Below are positions 58,815 through 64,000 of a DNA stretch of 64,000 nucleotides, in pieces; position 1 is the stretch's first letter, and every line of letters begins with the position of its first letter. This DNA comes from Oscillospiraceae bacterium (GTDB lineage Bacteria; Bacillota; Clostridia; Oscillospirales; UBA929): positions 76,796 to 140,795 of the forward strand of contig JAVBTN010000002.1 in the NCBI GenBank assembly GCA_031556185.1. The letters run 5' to 3'. The notes under the pieces were generated by a model. The model was not told where the DNA came from. It worked only from the letters and a program-made list of their open reading frames with translations, and ran no database searches. A program made the position numbers and the translations under genes.

Positions 58815-59735
58815 CTATTTGACGCCTTTGTACGCCCAGTACGCATCAAAGAATTCGGCCGGGGTATCATAGGGGAAATCACTGACGGAGGAGGTGCCAA
58901 TACCGCCGGGGTTTCCGCCTGTGAAAGCAAACTCAAGATCGCTAGCATCGATGCCCCATAGTGCCATCCAAGCGGCATCATACATGGCCTGTGTCGCTTC
59001 GACGCTGCTGCTCACTTTGAGTTCTGCTTCGTTGTAGGTGTAGTCAATGAGAGCCGCTTTTGTCTCCATGTCGATTTTGGCGTCAAGGTCAATTTTGGGA
59101 TCTTGTGCGGGCGCTCCGAGATCAGCGGGGATAAAGAAATAGGCATTGCCGGCCGCGTCGGTCATTTGAATGATAGTATTGAAGACGCCAGCGGCAGGAG
59201 TATGATTTCCATCGTAAATTACTGATTCGTTGTTCGTCGTCTTTGGCAGGCTCAGTTCATACGGGAACAGTGTCGGGTCACCGGCATTCGGAACGGTCAG
59301 TTTGTTCTCGAGGGCTGTGTCGCCAGGCGCATAGAAGCAGTCAACCCCTGTCAGCTTGCTGTCAATTTTGACAATGGCATCAAGGGTGCCGACATTTTTC
59401 AGATAGCCCCATTTAACACGCAAATCGCTGTAAATGTCGGTGGCATATTCCATGATGGGGTTGCCGTCAGCATCGGTGCCCAGGGGATCGCCGCTCTGAT
59501 CATAGTTCCACGGTCCTTTGTCAACGGCTTCGACGAGATCACCGGGCTGGCAATTGACGACATCGGTAAACGGAAGTTTGTACTCAAGTTTGAGCAGGCC
59601 CATCGAGATATCACCTGTAGTAGCGGGTGTCTTCCAGACAAACCATGCATAGGTGGAACCGGCCACAAGAGCGATTGCAACCAGCATGGCGCAAACACTC
59701 ATCAAGCCTTTTTTGCTCTTCAGAACTTTCATCAT
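58815..59735 (-). CDS. TasA/camelysin-like secreted fibre-subunit candidate (SipW-type signal peptide)
   Basis: MMKVLKSKKGLMSVCAMLVAIALVAGSTYAWFVWKT..SMGLLKLEY..PGDLVE..YLKNVGTLDAIVKI. AAGGAG RBS. Confidence 0.85.
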   Translation of the reverse strand: MMKVLKSKKGLMSVCAMLVAIALVAGSTYAWFVWKTPATTGDISMGLLKLEYKLPFTDVVNCQPGDLVEAVDKGPWNYDQSGDPLGTDADGNPIMEYATDIYSDLRVKWGYLKNVGTLDAIVKIDSKLTGVDCFYAPGDTALENKLTVPNAGDPTLFPYELSLPKTTNNESVIYDGNHTPAAGVFNTIIQMTDAAGNAYFFIPADLGAPAQDPKIDLDAKIDMETKAALIDYTYNEAELKVSSSVEATQAMYDAAWMALWGIDASDLEFAFTGGNPGGIGTSSVSDFPYDTPAEFFDAYWAYKGVK

Positions 59736-59856
59736 TGATTAACACTCCTTCTTACATTTTCGCTTCTTACTCTTTCCTGTCTCTCAAATGCTGCATACAC
59801 GCTATGTCCAGTTCCTGACTGCCATTGACATGCCCCCTTGTACTCACTGGTTTGCG

Positions 59857-60624
59857 CTAAGGTTTCTTTTTGGATGATTTCGACAAGCGGATCAATCTGA
59901 TCAGCTCAACGACAACAATTAAGAGCGCGGGAATGATGATAATCAACACACCAGGCCCGGATTGAATGGCATGAATGAGAAATCCCAAAAGGGGAATGGA
60001 GAAAAGCACTACACCCCTGACAGCGCCGGCTCTCACGCTTTCCATGTCCTCGTCCGGGTTGGCATCGCCTTTCGTGACAAATGTCGTGCCAGCTTCCCCG
60101 GTGCGAACCTCAACGACACGGTGTGTGACAGTTCCCATTTCGTTTAGAAAGGTAATCACTTCGCCAGACTTGATCTCCGCGATTTCTTTATACCCCGTGA
60201 CCACAATGGAGCCAACGTGTATATTCGGTTCCATGCTCCCGGATATCACTGTATAAATGCTGTGTCCTGCAATCGATGCCGTGCCCGTGCCCCGACCGTT
60301 CACCATGACGAACACCAAGAACGCAAGCACCAACAAAACCAACACAAACAGGACATTCCCCAAAATGCTGAATATTCTGCCGATCGCGCTCTTCTTTTTG
60401 GGTGCCGGCAGTTCCTGCTCCGCAACGACCTCAGGGGTCTCAGTCGCTGGGTTTTCAGCGCCTGACTCCTGTTTGTCGTTTAAGATATCATCAATGGTGT
60501 ACATTTCCGGCGACTTGTCCTGTCCCTCGACGGGTCTCCCGTCATCGGCGCTGCCGGTATTTATGTTTGTGGCTGCACTATGTACTTCGCTTTTCCCATT
60601 TTGTCCCGATTGCTGCCCATCCAA
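59857..60624 (-). CDS. sipW: Signal peptidase I, SipW (archaeal/ER) type, with N-terminal extension
   Basis: SIYTVISGSMEPNIHVGSIVV..GEVITF..VTHRVV..TKGDANPDED and a C-terminal TM helix. TTG start at 60624 with GGAGGGAG 9 nt upstream. About 80 acidic residues precede the first TM helix. Confidence 0.88.
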   Translation of the reverse strand: MDGQQSGQNGKSEVHSAATNINTGSADDGRPVEGQDKSPEMYTIDDILNDKQESGAENPATETPEVVAEQELPAPKKKSAIGRIFSILGNVLFVLVLLVLAFLVFVMVNGRGTGTASIAGHSIYTVISGSMEPNIHVGSIVVTGYKEIAEIKSGEVITFLNEMGTVTHRVVEVRTGEAGTTFVTKGDANPDEDMESVRAGAVRGVVLFSIPLLGFLIHAIQSGPGVLIIIIPALLIVVVELIRLIRLSKSSKKKP

Positions 60625-60676
60625 TGGAAACGACTCCCTCCCAGCAAAACGCCTCGCGCCTCGCAGCTATCTCCTT

Positions 60677-61843
60677 TTATCCGGGCTGTGTATCACCCGG
60701 CTCAACCGGTGCTTCAGACGGCGTCGTCACACCCTCATCTTCCGGCAGTTTGGCATCGTCAACAGGTTTCTCGACCGGCACTTGGCCTGCACCTTCCCCT
60801 CCCGTCGACCGGGCAGGAGGCAGGTTCTGCACCCCTTGGGGTACAAATGCCGTCGAGGTAATCAGCAAATATCGGATGCCTCTAGGCACCTGCTTAAACA
60901 CCACATCGACGACGATGTTTCTGTTCTCATCAATATTGGCAACACAGGTCTGTCCAACCGAATAACCGGTGGCGGACACGGAAACCACTTCATAGTCTCG
61001 GGGCGCATAGGCGACCGACACCATGTATTCACCCACGGGAACCCGGTCAAATGTCCAACTGTTCGACGGTTTCGTCACGTGGTTAAAAACATATCCGTCA
61101 GAACGGGAAATCGAAAGTACAAATTCCACACTTTTCGGCACGGTAACATTGCCGTCGGCATCCAGCACCGTTGTTCTAATCTGGAGGCTCCCCACAGGAA
61201 TTTCCTCGACGACGGCGGCAGCGACGCCCGGCAGCTCCGGCTCTGTTTCATCATCCGGCGTAGCACTGGGCTCCGGATCAACGTCATCAGGATCTTCCAG
61301 GCCATCCTCGTCGCTGGGCGACGCCGAAGGATGCGGCGTCGCAGACGGCTTCGGGTCCGCAGACGGATGCGGCGTCGCAGATGGCTTCGGGTCCGCCGAA
61401 GGATGCGGCGTCGCGGACGGATGCGGCGTCGCGGACGGTTCAGACGTCTCCACCGGTTTTGGTGTCGCGGAAGCCTCCGGCGAAGCAGACGGTTTGGGCG
61501 TCGCCGTCGCTTCAGGCGACGGTTCAGGCACGATGGACGGCGCCGGAGTCGCGCTTGCCACCGGCTCCGCGGACGGGGTCGGTTGTTCCGATTGCGGAGA
61601 AGGCGCGGGTTCCTCGGAGGCCCTGGGCGTCTCGGACGGCACGACAGGCGTACCACCCTCGTCAGGATCCTTGTCGTCCTGCGCGGGCTCATCCGTCCCT
61701 GCTCCGCTTTGCGTATGTATAGAATCCACAAGCTGGTCTCCCTGAGCGAACGCAGCTACCGAGATGACAGACAGCATGAACGCAATAACCAACAGGCCAG
61801 CAACAACTCTGAGGGTTGTTCCACTCGATGTCCTTCTTCTCAT
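60677..61843 (-). CDS. Secreted Pro/Ser/Thr/Glu-rich protein with C-terminal prealbumin-like (Ig-like) domain; first gene of SipW operon
   Basis: Signal peptide LRVVAGLLVIAFMLSVISVAAFAQG. About 170 aa of P/S/T/E/A repeats (PSATPHPSADPK x n), then SLQIRTTVLDADGNVTV..WTFDRVPVGEYMVSVAY, then an acidic tail. ATG 61843 has a GAGGA RBS. An alternative GTG start lies at 61873. Confidence 0.8.
   Translation of the reverse strand: MRRRTSSGTTLRVVAGLLVIAFMLSVISVAAFAQGDQLVDSIHTQSGAGTDEPAQDDKDPDEGGTPVVPSETPRASEEPAPSPQSEQPTPSAEPVASATPAPSIVPEPSPEATATPKPSASPEASATPKPVETSEPSATPHPSATPHPSADPKPSATPHPSADPKPSATPHPSASPSDEDGLEDPDDVDPEPSATPDDETEPELPGVAAAVVEEIPVGSLQIRTTVLDADGNVTVPKSVEFVLSISRSDGYVFNHVTKPSNSWTFDRVPVGEYMVSVAYAPRDYEVVSVSATGYSVGQTCVANIDENRNIVVDVVFKQVPRGIRYLLITSTAFVPQGVQNLPPARSTGGEGAGQVPVEKPVDDAKLPEDEGVTTPSEAPVEPGDTQPG
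61329..61436 (-). repeat. 36-bp / 18-bp coding tandem repeat
   Basis: GGATGCGGCGTCGCAGACGGCTTCGGGTCCGCAGAC (61329..61364) recurs with 4 mismatches at 61365..61400. Two 18-bp half-units GGATGCGGCGTCGCGGAC follow at 61401..61436. On the minus strand these encode PSATPHPSADPK-type repeats. Confidence 0.75.
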
Positions 61844-62520
61844 GATAAAAACATCCTCATCTCTCAAATGCACGGCACAACTCTTCTAAAAACTGATACT
61901 TTCAATGCGTCTTCGCCCATCGTCGTACACAAACTGACAATGCACACTCGAATCGGCTTTGACAGCAAATATGCACTGCCTGTGATTGCAAACGATGGTA
62001 AGCACTCACATTATAGCAAGTAATCCACGGTTTGTAAAGTGCCTCTTGTGAATTTCATCAAAAAAATCCCCAAAACTTCTCTCAGATTTTAAGCATAACT
62101 TCACAACGAGTTTTACATTCGCATCCAGATCCAAAAGGATGTTGTGCAGTTTAACCACAAATAAAAATGAATAATTATTCAACGTGGGGAAAAATCTTGT
62201 TTTCATACTGTCGGCATCGAAATAATTCCCGCCGGCAAAAATGCGGCCTCAGGGCAAATCCACGCCTTTGCCGGTCAATGTGCACAGAAAGTAGCGCTTC
62301 ATCGTCTTTTTTTATTGTACTGCTTTTGCCAAGTGTCGTCAAGTGTGTCGACTGACAAAGAATAACTCTTTTTTGACAGATTGGTTCGCATAAACATACT
62401 ATTTGTCAAGACACTGTTCCATTCTTGACATCGTTGGTCAGTTTCAATAACGTTTTAATATTTTCACGCCGGGGCAGCCGTCACCCGGGCATGCTTGTAT
62501 GCTCACAAAACAACACGGCG

Positions 62521-62563
62521 CAAAAACGCACAACGGAGCCGCCGTAAGCGACTCCGTTGTGCG
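62521..62563 (-). terminator. Rho-independent terminator downstream of tRNA-Arg
   Basis: On the minus strand: CGCACAACGGAG-loop-CTCCGTTGTGCG (12-bp stem) followed by TTTTTG. Confidence 0.75.
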
Positions 62564-62605
62564 TACTTTATTGTCCGCGCTAACCCTTTGTTCGCAAGGG
62601 TTTTT

Positions 62606-62682
62606 TGGCACGCCCGGCAGGATTCGAACCTGCGACCTACTGGTTCGTAGCCAGTCACTCTATCCAACTGAGCTACGGGCGC
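62606..62682 (-). tRNA. tRNA-Arg (ACG)
   Basis: The minus strand reads GCGCCCGTAGCTCAGTTGGATAGAGTGACTGGCTACGAACCAGTAGGTCGCAGGTTCGAATCCTGCCGGGCGTGCCA. Anticodon loop CTACGAA, a G1:U72 wobble, and an encoded CCA. Confidence 0.88.
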
Positions 62683-62864
62683 ATACACGTTTGCTGTCCC
62701 CTTTGAGGGATAGCTTGATTATGATAGCACAACGCCTGCAAAAATGCAATAGCAAACCTCATAAAAAGACGCGCCGGGCCGTCTGCCAAAGTCTGCGTTG
62801 CCGGGCGAACGCTTTTGTGGTATAGTGAAAAAGCGCCGCCAATTTGATTTTGGGAGCGATCTTT

Positions 62865-64000
62865 TTGTCTCATGTCATATTTCACCGCCCAGAGGGCACC
62901 GTTGTCATTGAAGCACACGACGGCCAGTCTTTATATGACGCACTTTCTCAATCCAACGCCGCCGGACACTTTGACGCCCCTTGTGCGGGGCGGGGTCAAT
63001 GCGGGCGATGTCTGGTACGCGCGTCGGGCGCGCTGTCGTTTTCTGACGACACCCGTCGTGAGGATGGGCTATATCTGGCTTGCAAAACTACACTTTTGGG
63101 GGATTGCGAGGTGTGGCCCATCCGGACCGTGGGCGCCATACGGACGGCCGACGCGGTCACAGCGACCGACGATGTGTCTCTCGCCCGCCCCGACTGCGCG
63201 CCTGACGCGCTCGGCGTGGCCGTGGACATCGGCACCACCACGGTGGCCTCTTTTTTGTATCGCCTCTGTGACGGCCTCCGTCTGGGCGCAATGACACAGG
63301 AAAACGCCGGCAGAACTATGGGCGCCGATGTCATCACCCGTATGCAGTGGGTGTCCGAGCGCGACGGCGGCCGGCAGATGGCGGACGTGATGCGGACACA
63401 GTTGCGCCAAATGTCCGCCGCCCTGTGCTCCCAAGCCGGGGCAAACGGCCGCGCGGTCACGGAATATGCGATTTGCGGCAACACTGTCATGCTGCATCTG
63501 CTCTGTGGCGCGCCCGTGCGCGAACTGATGCAGCTTCCCTTTGCCCCGGCCGACTGTTTTGGTCGGAGTATACCGGCTGAAACCCTGCAACTGGACGGCG
63601 CGCCCGGCGCCGTCGCATATCTGTCGCCCATCATTTCCGCGTTTGTCGGTGGCGACACCACGTCCGCGTTGCTGGCGACGCAACTGTACGCCGCGCAAGA
63701 GCCGTCGTTTCTTATGGATATCGGCACCAACGGGGAACTGGCGTTGTGCCACAACGGCCAGGTACTGTGCTGCGCCACGGCTTCCGGCCCCGCTTTTGAG
63801 GGCGGCGGTCTATGCTGCGGCCTGCCCGGGCTACCGGGCGCTGTCGACCATGTTTTCCTCCGGGAAAATGTGCTCACCTACACAACGATCGATCAGCTCC
63901 CGCCGTTGGGTCTGTGCGGCTCCGGCCTTCTTGATGCGCTGTCTGTCATGCTTGAGATGGGCGCTGTGGACGAAACCGGCCGACTGCTCGCCCCGGACGA
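62865..64000 (+). CDS. 2Fe-2S ferredoxin + ASKHA (DUF4445, corrinoid-activase RACo-like) protein, 3'-truncated by window edge
   Basis: Absent from the supplied ORF track because there is no stop before nt 64000. My translation from TTG 62865 (GGGAG RBS 8 nt upstream) reads: SHVIFHRPEGTVVIEAHDGQSLYDAL..CAGRGQCGRC..LACKT..GVAVDIGTTTVA..YAICGNTVMLHLL..FVGGDTTSA..FLMDIGTNGELAL..ATASGPAFEGGG..LCGSGLLDAL. Confidence 0.8.
   Translation, partial: MSHVIFHRPEGTVVIEAHDGQSLYDALSQSNAAGHFDAPCAGRGQCGRCLVRASGALSFSDDTRREDGLYLACKTTLLGDCEVWPIRTVGAIRTADAVTATDDVSLARPDCAPDALGVAVDIGTTTVASFLYRLCDGLRLGAMTQENAGRTMGADVITRMQWVSERDGGRQMADVMRTQLRQMSAALCSQAGANGRAVTEYAICGNTVMLHLLCGAPVRELMQLPFAPADCFGRSIPAETLQLDGAPGAVAYLSPIISAFVGGDTTSALLATQLYAAQEPSFLMDIGTNGELALCHNGQVLCCATASGPAFEGGGLCCGLPGLPGAVDHVFLRENVLTYTTIDQLPPLGLCGSGLLDALSVMLEMGAVDETGRLLAPD

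Noticed and set aside
60257-62023. 588-aa plus-strand ORF with an extreme Arg-rich tract (RRRRMRRRRRLRVRRRMRRRR...)
   Set aside because: It is the antisense reading of sipW and of the Pro/Ser/Thr repeat gene. The poly-Arg stretch is simply the reverse complement of the PSATPHP codon repeats.
62006-62206. 66-aa minus-strand ORF in the AT-rich region upstream of the fibre operon (candidate small regulator)
   Set aside because: It has no Shine-Dalgarno, a composition that just reflects AT-rich DNA, and no similarity to SinI/SinR-type motifs that I can recognise.
62583-62606. Plus-strand hairpin CCCTTTG-TTCG-CAAGGG + TTTTTT abutting the 3' end of tRNA-Arg
   Set aside because: No plus-strand gene or promoter is evident upstream that it would terminate. 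It may only insulate the tRNA from antisense read-through. It is noted but not called as a feature.
62872-63294. 140-aa plus-strand ORF listed in the track
   Set aside because: It is the wrong frame of the Fer2/ASKHA gene. The neighbouring frame from TTG 62865 carries clear ferredoxin and ASKHA motifs and stays open to the window end.

Overview
GC-rich chromosomal segment with Gram-positive, Clostridia-like hallmarks: AGGAGG-type ribosome-binding sites, lipoprotein lipoboxes, a sortase-type C-terminal anchor and SipW/TasA-type genes. The taxonomic guess is inference only. I call about 46 protein-coding genes (two truncated by the window edges), one multi-frameshift pseudogene, four tRNAs (initiator Met, Leu-TAA, Gln-CTG, Arg-ACG), and a set of sigma-A-like promoters and hairpin terminators. 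The housekeeping backbone comprises malQ, mini-RNase III, a GT2 glycosyltransferase, oppBCDF with a separated oppA-like binding protein, purH-purD, thrS, trxB, rpiB, proS, nagB, aldo/keto reductases and a CapA-like lipoprotein. The accessory content is dominated by cell-surface and host-interaction genes. These are (i) a single 13-kb ORF (31171..44175, minus) encoding a 4,334-aa MucBP/CnaB-type wall-anchored mega-adhesin, which contains four in-frame 936-bp tandem supermodules, an internal block duplication and a non-canonical MPRTG sorting motif. It is followed by an anchorless Cys-rich adhesin-like protein. (ii) A four-gene SipW/TasA-type fibre operon (58148..61843, minus), plus a decayed, frameshifted TasA-like paralogue 34 kb away (24739..25556). 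(iii) Three LRR proteins, one of them an ENGase-like glycoside hydrolase fusion. (iv) An HD hydrolase + EAL-HDOD pair. I found no CRISPR array, transposase or integrase, prophage, toxin-antitoxin or recognisable defence genes. The most unusual items are therefore architectural variants of known surface-protein families, not a demonstrably new system. All family assignments rest on motifs read by eye and need HMM or structure confirmation.
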